A DNA stretch of 64,000 nt from positions 1,811,043-1,875,042 of the forward strand of contig CBDBMJ010000001.1 of NCBI GenBank assembly GCA_965207455.1, in the 5' to 3' direction. Origin of the DNA: Bdellovibrionota bacterium (GTDB lineage Bacteria; Bdellovibrionota; UBA1018; CAIPTA01; JAALKR01). Positions 27,437 through 37,963 of the stretch are shown here, one piece after another. Positions within the stretch are counted from its first letter, which is position 1. Every line of letters starts with the position of its first letter. Position numbers and translations under genes: made by a program. Below the pieces are notes generated by a model. It saw only the letters and a program-made list of their open reading frames with translations. It did no database searches and was not told the origin of the DNA.

Positions 27437-28072
27437 GTGCCTAAAATATCTGCTATTATTCCTTCCTACGGAGACAACAAACAGACGGGCGTTCTCTCCT
27501 TTCTCCACTCCCTAAACGATCCTGATTTGGAGATAATAAAATGCGAGGGAAAAAGCCGACCCCACTCCCTTAACTCTGGAGCGCAAAAGGCCACAAGCCC
27601 CTTTCTATGGTTTATCCATGCGGACACCACTCTCGACAAGCGCCACGTCCATGCGCTAAAAAAATCCTTGGAAGAAAATCCCCACTGCCTACACTACTTC
27701 GACCTAAACTTCGACACCACGGACGGAGGAAAACTCACCAAGCTCAATGCATGGGGAGCGAACTACCGATCCCGCATTCTTGGTATTCCCTGGGGAGATC
27801 AGGCACTATGCCTGTCCAGTACAATTTTTCAACAGTTAGGTAAATACCCAGAGGACGCTTCCTATGGAGAAGATCATCTTTTAGTCTGGCATGCGCACCA
27901 AGCCCTAGTGCCTTTGCGACGAATTCCTCTATCCGTAACCACGAGTGCAAAAAAATATAAGGGAAGCAAGTGGCTGCCGCTGACTGTTCATCGTCAGTAT
28001 AAATGGATAAAGCAAGCCATCCCAGAGTTCGCAAAGTTGGTGGCGATACGGGGGAAGAGAATCTTTAAGTAA
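27437..28072 (+). CDS. GT2-like glycosyltransferase (TIGR04283-like)
   Basis: ISAIIP, LNSGA, LWFIHADT, PWGDQAL, GED and TTSAKKY motifs. Confidence 0.8.
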   Translation: MPKISAIIPSYGDNKQTGVLSFLHSLNDPDLEIIKCEGKSRPHSLNSGAQKATSPFLWFIHADTTLDKRHVHALKKSLEENPHCLHYFDLNFDTTDGGKLTKLNAWGANYRSRILGIPWGDQALCLSSTIFQQLGKYPEDASYGEDHLLVWHAHQALVPLRRIPLSVTTSAKKYKGSKWLPLTVHRQYKWIKQAIPEFAKLVAIRGKRIFK

Positions 28073-28083
28073 ATACGGTTCTC

Positions 28084-28620
28084 CTAGAACCGTGAACAGA
28101 ACTTTGGAAAATCCTTTAACATTTTCTCCAAGAGACCCTTTAAAAATGGATCATCCACTTCAGTACCATCCACACTGAGCTTGTCGTTAACCCTGGGAAA
28201 TAAAACAAATTGATTAAATAAAAACGCATTTCGGTATTGGTAGATAGCCTGTAAATGGTTGACGGATCGAGCGGCTCCTGCCATGCCTGCAGCCACACCC
28301 ACAAAAGCACAGGGCTTGCCATTTAAACTCTCAGGGAATTTCAATAAGTCTATGAAATATTTTAAAGCACCTGGGAAAGAGCCGTTATACTCAGGAACCA
28401 CCGTAATAATCCCCTTGGCTGCCAGTATCTTCGTCTGAAGAGGTTCGATCTCTTTGGGTTGCGTGTCGTAGGACTCAGGTTCAAAAATTCCTTTTGGCAA
28501 TGTGCTTAAATCAATCAAAGACACTGTTGTATCGTTTTTTTCTAAGTAAGCTTCAACAATTTTTGCCATCTTTAGCGTATTGGATCCTTTGCGATTAGTG
28601 CCTGAAATAATTGCAATCAT
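28084..28620 (-). CDS. NADPH-dependent FMN reductase
   Basis: ISGTNRKGS and PEYNGSFPGALKYFID motifs. Confidence 0.9.
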   Translation of the reverse strand: MIAIISGTNRKGSNTLKMAKIVEAYLEKNDTTVSLIDLSTLPKGIFEPESYDTQPKEIEPLQTKILAAKGIITVVPEYNGSFPGALKYFIDLLKFPESLNGKPCAFVGVAAGMAGAARSVNHLQAIYQYRNAFLFNQFVLFPRVNDKLSVDGTEVDDPFLKGLLEKMLKDFPKFCSRF

Positions 28621-28634
28621 ACTCTCCTCTTACA

Positions 28635-30020
28635 CTACAGTAGCGAAAACAAAAACTTTATATCTTGATCGTTGAAGTGAATTCCCGCTCCAAAGAAAAA
28701 GGGAATGGAGCCTTCATACTCCCTAAGATCATCCACACCGGCTATTACATAAGCACTCATAAACACCTGAGCACGGGCATAGATTCGGAAGGAAAGGGAA
28801 CCCTCTTTCGACGATTCTCCATACAACTCTCCATGCACTCCGTAACGACGTTCTTCATCCCACCAAAACCCTGCACCCAACATGCCTGCATCCTCCAACA
28901 AACCGACCCTCAGATCCAAAGGACCAAAATACCTTCCCAGCACTGCTGTGATTTTTAATCCAGATTCCTTGTTCACCACTTCTTCCTTCACAGTGGCTTG
29001 TCCTCCATCCACCACAGTGGTAGTGGTAGTACGCTTTTTCCTACCACGAACATCAGTGGACAAACCCAGTAAATAATAACGATCAGGGTGGGGTTGGATA
29101 TTAAAAAATATGCGGCTCTTTGCTCCACCATAGGCATTCACCTGCCATGCAGACAAGTCCACAAAGAGTTGTAATCTCCCAGCCTTTCCCAGCAGTTCGT
29201 TTAGACTCTTGAGTGCAGCCACGGCCTCTTCATACAATCCTTCCTCGTTCACAAGTTTTCCGATGTTCCCTTTATTGCTATTCATTTTTCTTAAAATACG
29301 TTCCAGCTGGCGCATGGAATTCTTTAAGGCTTTCACGGAAATTGTAAGGTTTCTTTTTATTCCTCCCTTTCCGCCCAACATTTCGGCCAGATCCTTGGAT
29401 GCACGGTTAAGGTTCTTTCCCATCCGATCAAAGTCAATTTTACTCGTTACTTTTCTTAAATCTCCTACTAAAAAAGAAAGCTCGTCCAATAGTTTCCCCA
29501 CTTTTCCCAGAGTGTCTGAAAGTCGCATTTCTCTGGACGCACTTAAAACCTTATTTTTTCTAATTTTGCTTTGAGCTTGTGCCGATGGAATGAGGAAATT
29601 CCAAAAGGACTGCTCCTTCTCAGAAGCGGCAGGAATTCGGTTACGCTTCTTTATTTTTTGGTTCTGTAGTTCACCTGACGGTGTGGCGTCCAATGGCTTT
29701 AACTCCAGGAAACGATCCCCAAGAAATCCCGACGATCGCAAATATGCTTTTGTATCCGGACGCAGCTTCACTGGCGACGTAATGCACACATCTAATAAAA
29801 CTTTTTCACCATCTAAGCTAACAGCATTAATATAGCCAATATCTAGACCCAGTGTTTTTACCGCAGATTTTCTTCGCAAGCCAGTGGCGTCATCCACAGT
29901 AATCACCACGTTATTGCAAGCTCGGTACCAAAAGGGCTTATCATTTACAAAAATACTCATCCCAACGATAAACGCCAAGCCGAGTAAAGTAAAAATGCCT
30001 AGTCTAATTTTTCGATCCAT
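28635..30020 (-). CDS. mlaD: MCE/MlaD family protein
   Basis: N-terminal TM, DATGLRRKSAVKTLGLDIG and GFLGDRFLEL MCE motifs; next to mlaEF. Confidence 0.85.
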   Translation of the reverse strand: MDRKIRLGIFTLLGLAFIVGMSIFVNDKPFWYRACNNVVITVDDATGLRRKSAVKTLGLDIGYINAVSLDGEKVLLDVCITSPVKLRPDTKAYLRSSGFLGDRFLELKPLDATPSGELQNQKIKKRNRIPAASEKEQSFWNFLIPSAQAQSKIRKNKVLSASREMRLSDTLGKVGKLLDELSFLVGDLRKVTSKIDFDRMGKNLNRASKDLAEMLGGKGGIKRNLTISVKALKNSMRQLERILRKMNSNKGNIGKLVNEEGLYEEAVAALKSLNELLGKAGRLQLFVDLSAWQVNAYGGAKSRIFFNIQPHPDRYYLLGLSTDVRGRKKRTTTTTVVDGGQATVKEEVVNKESGLKITAVLGRYFGPLDLRVGLLEDAGMLGAGFWWDEERRYGVHGELYGESSKEGSLSFRIYARAQVFMSAYVIAGVDDLREYEGSIPFFFGAGIHFNDQDIKFLFSLL

Positions 30021-30036
30021 TTGCTCTCTCTCCTAT

Positions 30037-30813
30037 TCATAATTCAGGTTGGTCGTAAGAAAAAAATTCATGAATATCCTGGTCCTCTAGTTTAAAAATA
30101 TCCTTCGGCTTTCCAGAAAACTGAACCTTGCCATCCTTTAAAAACGCTAACTCCTCTGCCACATTAAACGCCACCCGAACATCGTGACTAATAACAATGC
30201 TGGTTAAATTATACTTCTTATTCGTATACTTAATCAACTGAGAAACCATCCGAGTGGTAATCGGATCGAGACCCGTGGTTGGCTCGTCGTACATAATAAT
30301 GGAAGGTTTCAACGCTATGGCTCGAGCTAACGCCACTCGCTTGCGCTGTCCACCAGAAAGCTCTGAGGGCATCTTGGAAGAGTGCTCTGCAGAGAGTCCC
30401 ACGGAATCCAAAAGCCTCTCCACGTCTTCCCGGATCTCTCTTGTGGTTAACTCCAATTGCTCCACCATGGGGAAGGCGATATTGTCGTAAACACTCATGG
30501 AATCAAACAAAGCTCCATGCTGGAATAAAATACCCATATCCCTGCGAATTTCTTTTATCGTCCTTCTGTCCGCATTATGCATGCCCACACCGTTGATAAA
30601 AATGCTTCCACTATCAGGACGAATAAAACCCATAATTTGCTTCAGGAGAAGGGATTTGCCCGCACCTGATCCGCCCATGATATAAGTAATTCTCCCTTTT
30701 TTTATTTTTAAGTTTACTCCTCGGTGAATATGAAACTCCCCAAAACTTTTGTACAAGTCTTGAATTTCGATCCCATGGGATTCTTTATTGATAGTAGAGG
30801 TTGCTGGGGTCAT
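30037..30813 (-). CDS. mlaF: MlaF-type ABC ATPase
   Basis: GGSGAGKS, FQHGALFDSM, LSGGQRKRVALARA and YDEPTTGLDP. Confidence 0.9.
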   Translation of the reverse strand: MTPATSTINKESHGIEIQDLYKSFGEFHIHRGVNLKIKKGRITYIMGGSGAGKSLLLKQIMGFIRPDSGSIFINGVGMHNADRRTIKEIRRDMGILFQHGALFDSMSVYDNIAFPMVEQLELTTREIREDVERLLDSVGLSAEHSSKMPSELSGGQRKRVALARAIALKPSIIMYDEPTTGLDPITTRMVSQLIKYTNKKYNLTSIVISHDVRVAFNVAEELAFLKDGKVQFSGKPKDIFKLEDQDIHEFFSYDQPEL

Positions 30814-31573
30814 AGGGTAAAAACGCGGTTAAAATATAGTCACTAAATAGTATCAGCAGGCAACTCACTACAACAGCCTTATTCGTAGCCACACCCACAC
30901 CTTGGGCACTATTGCCCGCAAAATAACCGTAGAAGCAACCCATAAAACTAAGGAAAAAACCAAAGATGGCAGCCTTAACACCTCCCTGCCAAATATCATT
31001 TACATCCACTCCCCAGGCTAGGCTGTCCCAGTAGACTGCTCCGTCCACTCCCAGTATTCCAGTGCCGATAAAATATCCTGAAACGCAGCCGACGAAAAGA
31101 AAATATCCATACAATAGGGGCATGCTCACCACACCAGCCAGTATTCTTGGCGTCACTAAGTAATTATGGGGTTCCGTGCCCAGCGCTTCCATTGCGTCCA
31201 ACTGTTCAGTCACCCGCATGGTAGCAATTTCAGCGGCAATAGCTGCTCCTGCCCGTCCTGCCACCATAATGGAACCCACAACGGGAGCTAATTCACGGGA
31301 AAGGGCCAAGCCCACCGAGGTGCCCAAAAAACCCTCCATACCAAAGCGACTCAATACCACAAAGGACTGAAACGCCATCACTGCTCCAATAAAACAAGCG
31401 CTCCAGGTAATAATCGACAAAGACTGAAAGCCAATGAAATCCACCTGTGCTATAAAAATCCCAAAGCGTTTATGAATTTTTCGCAAACCATAGAAGGACT
31501 GGACGGCAAAATCGGTGATTTCGCCCAACAGGTTCAATTTTTTTTTCAGAAGGAGAATAGGCGAGTGGAGCAT
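30785..31573 (-). CDS. mlaE: MlaE-type ABC permease
   Basis: RELAPV, AGRAGAAIAAEIATMRVTEQLDAME and GVGVATNKAVV. Confidence 0.92.
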   Translation of the reverse strand: MLHSPILLLKKKLNLLGEITDFAVQSFYGLRKIHKRFGIFIAQVDFIGFQSLSIITWSACFIGAVMAFQSFVVLSRFGMEGFLGTSVGLALSRELAPVVGSIMVAGRAGAAIAAEIATMRVTEQLDAMEALGTEPHNYLVTPRILAGVVSMPLLYGYFLFVGCVSGYFIGTGILGVDGAVYWDSLAWGVDVNDIWQGGVKAAIFGFFLSFMGCFYGYFAGNSAQGVGVATNKAVVVSCLLILFSDYILTAFLPYDPSNLYYQ

Positions 31574-31679
31574 ATCCTATAGTCTGGCACTACGCATTTG
31601 TTTTGTCACATAAAAATAAAAAATCGAGAGGATTTCCTTGGTTTTTTGAAAAGATATGATACCTTGCATAAATAGAAAG

Positions 31680-33476
31680 ATGAATATTCAAAGAGTTCGA
31701 AATTTTTCTATCATTGCCCATATCGACCACGGGAAGTCGACCCTAGCCGATCGACTCCTGGAATTCACCGGTTCCGTAAGCAAGCGAAATATGGAGGAAC
31801 AGATCCTGGACTCCATGGACATTGAGCGAGAGCGAGGAATTACCATCAAAGCCCAAACCGTGCGAATGCACTATAAAGCAAACGACGGAGAAACCTATAT
31901 TCTAAATATGATCGATACGCCAGGGCATGTGGATTTTTCCTACGAGGTATCCCGTAGCCTTGCTGCTTGTGAGGGGGCTATTCTCATCGTGGACGCTGCC
32001 CAAGGTGTGGAGGCTCAGACCTTAGCCAATACATACTTAGCCCTGGAAAACGATCTGGAAGTGTTTCCCGTTATTAATAAGATCGACCTGCCCAATGCAG
32101 ACCCTAAAAGCGTGATGGAGGAGATCGAAGATGTGATCGGTTTGGACGCATCCGACGCTCCACAAATTAGTGCAAAAACGGGTTTGCATATAGAGAAAGT
32201 TTTAGAAGCTATTGTGGAAAAGATTCCTGCTCCCAAGGGTGAGGCAAAGGCTCCTCTCCAGGCGCTGGTGTTTGATTCTTGGTTTGATAATTACTTAGGT
32301 GTTATTGCCTTGGTACGGGTGTTTTCGGGAATCATAAAAAAGGGGCAACGAATCCGTACGTACCACACGAATATACAAATGGAGGTAAGTCGTCTTTCTT
32401 TTTTCACTCCTGCCACGACAGAGACGGAAAGCATTTCCTGTGGCGAAGTGGGAGCTGTAATTACAGGACTGAAAAATCTAAAAGACATTCAAGTGGGAGA
32501 GACAATCACCTGTGCACAAAATCCAACAAAGACTCCCCTGCAAGGTTTTCAATCCACTAAGCCCATGGTTTTTTCTGGAATTTATCCCATCGATTCAGAC
32601 GCCTACCCTGCCCTAAGGGAAGCCTTAGAGAAATTACAACTCAACGATAGTTCTCTTTCCTTTGAGCCAGAGACATCGAAAGCCTTGGGGTTCGGATTTC
32701 GTTGTGGTTTTCTGGGGCTGCTTCATATGGACGTGGTCCAGGAGCGCCTAGAACGGGGCTTTGATCTGAATCTTATTACTACGGCACCGTCGGTGGTGTA
32801 TAAAGTAACCACAAGATCAGGCGAGGTTTTATCCATATCCAATCCCACTGAAATTCCGCCGGTCGGAGAGATCGAAAAAATAGAGGAGCCCTATATTCAA
32901 TGTGTGGTACACACTCCCAACGATTATGTGGGACAAATTTTGGGTTTATTTCAAGCGCGACGGGGAACACAGGTTGGAATACAGTACTTAACCCGGGATA
33001 GGGTATCCATTACTTATGAGATGCCTCTCAACGAGATGGTTTTTGACTTTCACGACAGGTTAAAGAGCGCCACCCGTGGTTACGCTTCCATGGACTATGA
33101 GCCCATAGAGTACCGGGTGGGAGCGCTGGTGAAGTTAGATATTATGCTCAACGGAGATGTGGTGGACGCACTCTCTATGATTGTACACAAAGACAAATCC
33201 TATAACCGTGGACGAGAGATAACCAAAAAGCTCAAAGATATTATTCACCGACAGATGTTTGAAGTGGCCATTCAAGCCACCATTGGTGCAAAAATTATTT
33301 CCAGAGAAACGCTCAAGGCGCTCCGAAAAAATGTAACGGCTAAGTGCTACGGTGGAGACATTACAAGAAAAAGAAAGTTATTAGAAAAACAAAAAGAAGG
33401 AAAAAAACGAATGAAGCAGATTGGATCCGTGGAGATACCTCAGGATGCCTTCCTTGCCATACTAAAGGTGGACTAG
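31680..33476 (+). CDS. lepA: Elongation factor 4
   Basis: [30 protein letters not shown] and [18 protein letters not shown]. Confidence 0.98.
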   Translation: MNIQRVRNFSIIAHIDHGKSTLADRLLEFTGSVSKRNMEEQILDSMDIERERGITIKAQTVRMHYKANDGETYILNMIDTPGHVDFSYEVSRSLAACEGAILIVDAAQGVEAQTLANTYLALENDLEVFPVINKIDLPNADPKSVMEEIEDVIGLDASDAPQISAKTGLHIEKVLEAIVEKIPAPKGEAKAPLQALVFDSWFDNYLGVIALVRVFSGIIKKGQRIRTYHTNIQMEVSRLSFFTPATTETESISCGEVGAVITGLKNLKDIQVGETITCAQNPTKTPLQGFQSTKPMVFSGIYPIDSDAYPALREALEKLQLNDSSLSFEPETSKALGFGFRCGFLGLLHMDVVQERLERGFDLNLITTAPSVVYKVTTRSGEVLSISNPTEIPPVGEIEKIEEPYIQCVVHTPNDYVGQILGLFQARRGTQVGIQYLTRDRVSITYEMPLNEMVFDFHDRLKSATRGYASMDYEPIEYRVGALVKLDIMLNGDVVDALSMIVHKDKSYNRGREITKKLKDIIHRQMFEVAIQATIGAKIISRETLKALRKNVTAKCYGGDITRKRKLLEKQKEGKKRMKQIGSVEIPQDAFLAILKVD

Positions 33477-33479
33477 AGG

Positions 33480-34121
33480 GTGAAAAAAGGAATTCTCAAA
33501 AAAATCATTATCACCATTTTGTTAGCTCTTTTGCTGCGTTCCTGTGTTTTGGAGACGTTCAAAGTTTCTGGTACCACAATGGCTCCGTCCGTATTTCCTG
33601 GAGATAGTATTATTATACAAAAGATGGCCTACGGCCTACGCACTCCTGGCCCAGGCACTCTGCTCATACAATGGTCTTCTCCTAAAGTGGGCGACATTGT
33701 GGTTTTAAACAACGTGAAAAAAACATCTATCATCTTATTGCGAAAAATCGTTGCCCTACCTGGGGAATCTGTGCGCGTGGATAAAACAACGGTGTCCGTA
33801 CTACGCAACAGAAGGTGGTTACCCATTCATTGGCCAAACAACACAAGTGCCACAGACACAAGTGCCACAGACACCAGTGTCACAGACACCAGTGTCGTGG
33901 ACACCAGTGTCGTAGACATCCCCATCACAATTTTAGGCAAGGGAGAGTATTTTGCTCTTTCCAACAAAAGGCTTGGGGGTCCGGACAGTCGAGATTTTGG
34001 TCCCATTCGCTTACGTAATATTGTGGGGAGGGCCTCCCACATATGGATACCCTCTTCGGAGAAAAAATTGTATAATGGGAAGGAAAGGAAAGCACGTCAC
34101 TTTCTTGAAAGGTTAAAATGA
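33480..34121 (+). CDS. lepB: Signal peptidase I homologue with atypical active site
   Basis: Follows lepA; boxes SGTTMAPS, GDIVV, LRKIVALPGE and DSRDFGPI. Confidence 0.75.
   Translation: MKKGILKKIIITILLALLLRSCVLETFKVSGTTMAPSVFPGDSIIIQKMAYGLRTPGPGTLLIQWSSPKVGDIVVLNNVKKTSIILLRKIVALPGESVRVDKTTVSVLRNRRWLPIHWPNNTSATDTSATDTSVTDTSVVDTSVVDIPITILGKGEYFALSNKRLGGPDSRDFGPIRLRNIVGRASHIWIPSSEKKLYNGKERKARHFLERLK
33841..33917 (+). repeat. 15-bp tandem coding repeat x5 (TSATD/TSVVD)
   Basis: ACACAAGTGCCACAG-like units. Confidence 0.9.
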
Positions 34122-35065
34122 ACCAAGCTCCAATAAAAGATCTGCTGGGAATTGAATCCTTGGACCTGGATACCATTCATTTATTTTTAGATCGTGGGCG
34201 AAAATATTTAAAAGCGATGAACTCTGGGCAAAAAAAATATGATCTTTTAAAAAATAAAACGGTGGTGAATTTATTTTATGAACCCTCCACTCGCACCCGG
34301 AGTTCTTTTGAAATGGCAGCCAAGCGCCTTGGTGCGGATATTATTAATATTTCAGCCGACGCTTCCTCCAGTGTGATTAAGGGAGAAAGTTTAGTGGACA
34401 CAGCACAGACCCTTGCAGCCATGGATTTGGATTTCCTTGTTCTACGCCATGAATCTGCGGGAACGCCTCAGCTATTGGCGAAAAAATTGGCCATTCCCGT
34501 AATTAATGCAGGCGACGGTTTCCACGAACACCCCACCCAAGCCCTCCTCGATGCCCTCACCATCCAAGAGCACTATAAAAGAATCGAGGGTCTACGGGTA
34601 ACCATTGTGGGAGATATTGCCCACTCCAGGGTGGCTCGATCCAATATATATTTGTTAAAAAAATTAAATGCAAAGATAACGGTATGCGGTCCTCCCACCC
34701 TGCTCCCCTCCTGCATGGAAAAATTAGGTGTGGACGTGGAATATAATTTAGAGCCAGCTGTTCAAGATGCGGATGTGGTGATGATGCTTCGCTTACAATC
34801 CGAGCGACAAAATATAAACTATATGCCAAGAAACAAAGAATACCATCGCTTCTTTGGTCTCCACAAAGGTAGTGAAAAGTTTTTAAAAAAGTCTGCCATC
34901 ATCATGCACCCTGGTCCCATCAATCGAGGTGTGGAAATTTCCCCCGAAATTGCCGACGGTGAAAACTCCGTAATCTTGCATCAAGTAAGTAATGGCGTGG
35001 CTGTGCGTATGGGTGTGCTGGACATACTCAACGAATTTTCCAACAAAAAAGAGGCAAGATCATGA
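34118..35065 (+). CDS. pyrB: Aspartate carbamoyltransferase catalytic subunit
   Basis: FYEPSTRTRSSFE, HPTQALLD and MHPGPINRGVE. Confidence 0.97.
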   Translation: MNQAPIKDLLGIESLDLDTIHLFLDRGRKYLKAMNSGQKKYDLLKNKTVVNLFYEPSTRTRSSFEMAAKRLGADIINISADASSSVIKGESLVDTAQTLAAMDLDFLVLRHESAGTPQLLAKKLAIPVINAGDGFHEHPTQALLDALTIQEHYKRIEGLRVTIVGDIAHSRVARSNIYLLKKLNAKITVCGPPTLLPSCMEKLGVDVEYNLEPAVQDADVVMMLRLQSERQNINYMPRNKEYHRFFGLHKGSEKFLKKSAIIMHPGPINRGVEISPEIADGENSVILHQVSNGVAVRMGVLDILNEFSNKKEARS

Positions 35066-36333
35066 AAGATATACTCATCTCCAATGGTCACCTCATTGAT
35101 CCTCTTATGGGCACAAGCACACCAGGCGACCTGCTTATTTCCAATGGCACTATCTCAGGTAAAGCTAAGCCGGGTGCTTTGAAAAAAACTAAATATCAAG
35201 TTTCCATCGACGCAAGCAACTGCATTGTATGCCCAGGGTTTATTGATCTCAATGCAAGGATGAGGGAACCGGGACCGGACTCCGTAGATTCCCTTAGTTC
35301 CAGTTCCTTAGCTGCAACCGCTGGTGGTTTTACTACTGTGGCTTGCATGCCAGACCCTCTCACCACTAACGATAATCCCACAGATTATTTTCTACGGCAA
35401 GCAATAGAGCAATCCTCCATTGAGCTTCTTCCCATCGGGCCCATCACCCAAGGATCTAGAGGAGAGCAATTAGCCGACATTGGTTCCATGCTATACGAAG
35501 GGATTGTGGCCATTGCCGATGACGGGCGACCTCTAATGAACGCCCACCTAATGCGAAAAGTTCTGGAATATACAAAATTATTTCCCGTACCTGTGTTTTC
35601 CTTTCCTCAGGATTTAAACTTAACTCGAAACGGAGTAATGGACGAGGGAGTGCAGTCCTATCGTTTGGGTTTGAGAGGAATTCCCTCCATTGCAGAAAAA
35701 ATTCTAGTGGACCGGGACATATCCCTTGCCAAGCATACCAACAGTAGCCTTCATTTTTCTTCCATCAGTACCCGTGGTGCAGTGGAGTCCATTCGTCAGG
35801 CGAAAAAGCAGGGCATGCTTATAACAGCAGAAACCAACCCTCCTTACTTCACATTAACCTCGGACGCTATTGCCTCCTATGATTCTCGCTACAAATGTTT
35901 TCCCCCACTTCGTGCAGAAAAACACCTTCTTGCCATTCAAGAAGCTTTAGGTGACGGCACCTTGGACGCCATCAGTTCCATGCATACGCCAAGAAGTGCT
36001 GCCAGTAAGGATTTAGTTTTTGAGCACGCCTCCTACGGTATGATTTCTTTTGAAACCACCCTTGCCCTCAGTTTGAATCTTGTTCGCAAAAATATTATCT
36101 CCATGGACCGCTTGGTTTCGCTCCTTTGCTGGGCGCCCGCTAAAATTCTTCGCTTGGAGGAAAAGGAATATGCTTCCTTAGAGGAAAAAACTAGAGCTAA
36201 TATTACGGTTTTCGATCCCAATGCCTCCCACCCCCCTGTACATTCCTTGGCAAAAAACACACCCTTTCTTGGAACGAAATGTAAGGGAGCAGTAAAAGCC
36301 ACTATTTTTAATGGGAAGCAAGTGTATGGTTAA
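35062..36333 (+). CDS. pyrC: Dihydroorotase-like protein, probably inactive PyrC'
   Basis: Amidohydrolase pattern, but DLNARMREPG replaces DxHxH. Confidence 0.85.
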   Translation: MKDILISNGHLIDPLMGTSTPGDLLISNGTISGKAKPGALKKTKYQVSIDASNCIVCPGFIDLNARMREPGPDSVDSLSSSSLAATAGGFTTVACMPDPLTTNDNPTDYFLRQAIEQSSIELLPIGPITQGSRGEQLADIGSMLYEGIVAIADDGRPLMNAHLMRKVLEYTKLFPVPVFSFPQDLNLTRNGVMDEGVQSYRLGLRGIPSIAEKILVDRDISLAKHTNSSLHFSSISTRGAVESIRQAKKQGMLITAETNPPYFTLTSDAIASYDSRYKCFPPLRAEKHLLAIQEALGDGTLDAISSMHTPRSAASKDLVFEHASYGMISFETTLALSLNLVRKNIISMDRLVSLLCWAPAKILRLEEKEYASLEEKTRANITVFDPNASHPPVHSLAKNTPFLGTKCKGAVKATIFNGKQVYG

Positions 36334-37498
36334 CGGGATAGACAACAAGCAACCTTCGGGCGCTTTGGTTTTAAGCGATGGAACGGTCTTTCCTGGTTAT
36401 TCCTTTGGTGCTGTAAAAACAAGCCCTATTCTCGGAGAAGTGATTTTTAATACGGCCATGTCCGGTTATCAGGAGATCATTACCGACCCTTCTTACTATG
36501 GGCAGTTTGTGGTGATGACCTATCCTCAGATTGGAAATTATGGAATAAACTTAGAGGATTGTGAATCTCTTACCCCTTCCATTTCTGGACTGATCGTACA
36601 TGATTATTCCGTCACTGCTTCCAACTGGCGCGCCAATCAGAGCCTAAAAGAATATTTGGAGAAAAATGAAATCCCTGCTCTTTGTAATGTGAACACAAGG
36701 GCACTTACTCAACACATCCGAGAAAAAGGCGCCATGGACGCTATACTTACCTTCCCTAGTCCTAAGACCTCAGAAATAAACACCCTTGTTTCTGAAATTC
36801 ACGCTGCCACTCCCATGGACCAGCAAGACCTAGCAGCTAAGGTCACTTGCCCCAAACCCTATCGCTGGAAAACACCTCTAGATCAATGGCACCAACAATG
36901 GCGCCAACAACAACAAACAAAACAAGAAACAAAAAAGCCCTCTCCCCTAGTGGTGGTTCTTGATTTTGGGTGTAAGCAAAATATTTTACGCAATCTTTAT
37001 TCCCGCGGCTGCAATGTACATGTGCTTCCAGCCCAATCCACTCCTGAGCAAATTCTTGCACTCAAGCCCAATGGGCTCCTCCTAAGTAACGGTCCCGGCA
37101 ATCCAGCCGTGCTGGACTATGCTATACAAACCGTGCGTTCGCTCCTAGGAAAAATGCCTATCTTTGGTATTTGCATGGGTCACCAAATACTGGCCTCTGC
37201 CATAGGTGCCAAGACCTATAAAATGAAGTTTGGCCATCACGGTGTCAATCAACCCGTTCTTAATACGGAAACAGGAAGAATTTTTATCACTTCCCAAAAT
37301 CACAGTTACGCTATTGAAGAAAAATCCATACCTAGTTTCGCAAAAGTTACTCAAATAAACCTCAACGACAAAAGCATAGAAGGTATTAATATTCCAAAAT
37401 ACAACGCCTTTTCCGTACAGTACCACCCGGAAGCATCCCCCGGACCTAGGGACGGAAATACACACTTCGATCATTTTTTAAATGCTATATCACAATAA
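36326..37498 (+). CDS. carA: Carbamoyl-phosphate synthase small subunit
   Basis: GEVIFNTAMSGYQEIITDPSY, SNGPGNP, GICMGHQ and QYHPEASPGP. Confidence 0.97.
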   Translation: MVNGIDNKQPSGALVLSDGTVFPGYSFGAVKTSPILGEVIFNTAMSGYQEIITDPSYYGQFVVMTYPQIGNYGINLEDCESLTPSISGLIVHDYSVTASNWRANQSLKEYLEKNEIPALCNVNTRALTQHIREKGAMDAILTFPSPKTSEINTLVSEIHAATPMDQQDLAAKVTCPKPYRWKTPLDQWHQQWRQQQQTKQETKKPSPLVVVLDFGCKQNILRNLYSRGCNVHVLPAQSTPEQILALKPNGLLLSNGPGNPAVLDYAIQTVRSLLGKMPIFGICMGHQILASAIGAKTYKMKFGHHGVNQPVLNTETGRIFITSQNHSYAIEEKSIPSFAKVTQINLNDKSIEGINIPKYNAFSVQYHPEASPGPRDGNTHFDHFLNAISQ

Positions 37499-37735
37499 AC
37501 GCTAGGGAATAAAAAAGGATTGATCTTTCTCGAAAAAACGGACGCTTTTATGGCGTGCATTATAAATATAACTTGAGGGAGGGATATGTAATGAGAACAG
37601 AATCGCTTGGTAATCACAGTAAGCAACTTTTACGGTTACAAACTAAAAAAAGGTATGCAACAATAAGTGGTAGTGAATTTTCCGTTTGAGGAAATTTACC
37701 TTTGATAAGCGTATTAACAATTAGGAGAAAATATC

Positions 37736-37948
37736 ATGGCATATCGAGAGTACAAAATTTTATATATTGCTGAAAGCGGACTTTCAACTATCTTCTTAGG
37801 TTCTGCGGGAATGCCAATTAAAAAAATGGAGTCTGTTCTCAACAGGGAAGCAGCCGATGGCTGGAACTTGGCGTTTCAAGTGATCGAGCAAAAGCGTTTC
37901 CTGTTATTCTGGACGCGTGAAGCCGCAATAATCACTTTAGGGCGCTAA
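37736..37948 (+). CDS. DUF4177-like small protein
   Basis: REYK...LNREAADGW pattern; AGGAG RBS. Confidence 0.7.
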   Translation: MAYREYKILYIAESGLSTIFLGSAGMPIKKMESVLNREAADGWNLAFQVIEQKRFLLFWTREAAIITLGR

Positions 37949-37963
37949 GCCTATTTAACTAGC

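Noticed and set aside
25380..33917. CRISPR array from the 75-, 18- and 15-bp repeats
   Set aside because: Tandem in-frame repeats without unique spacers; no cas genes
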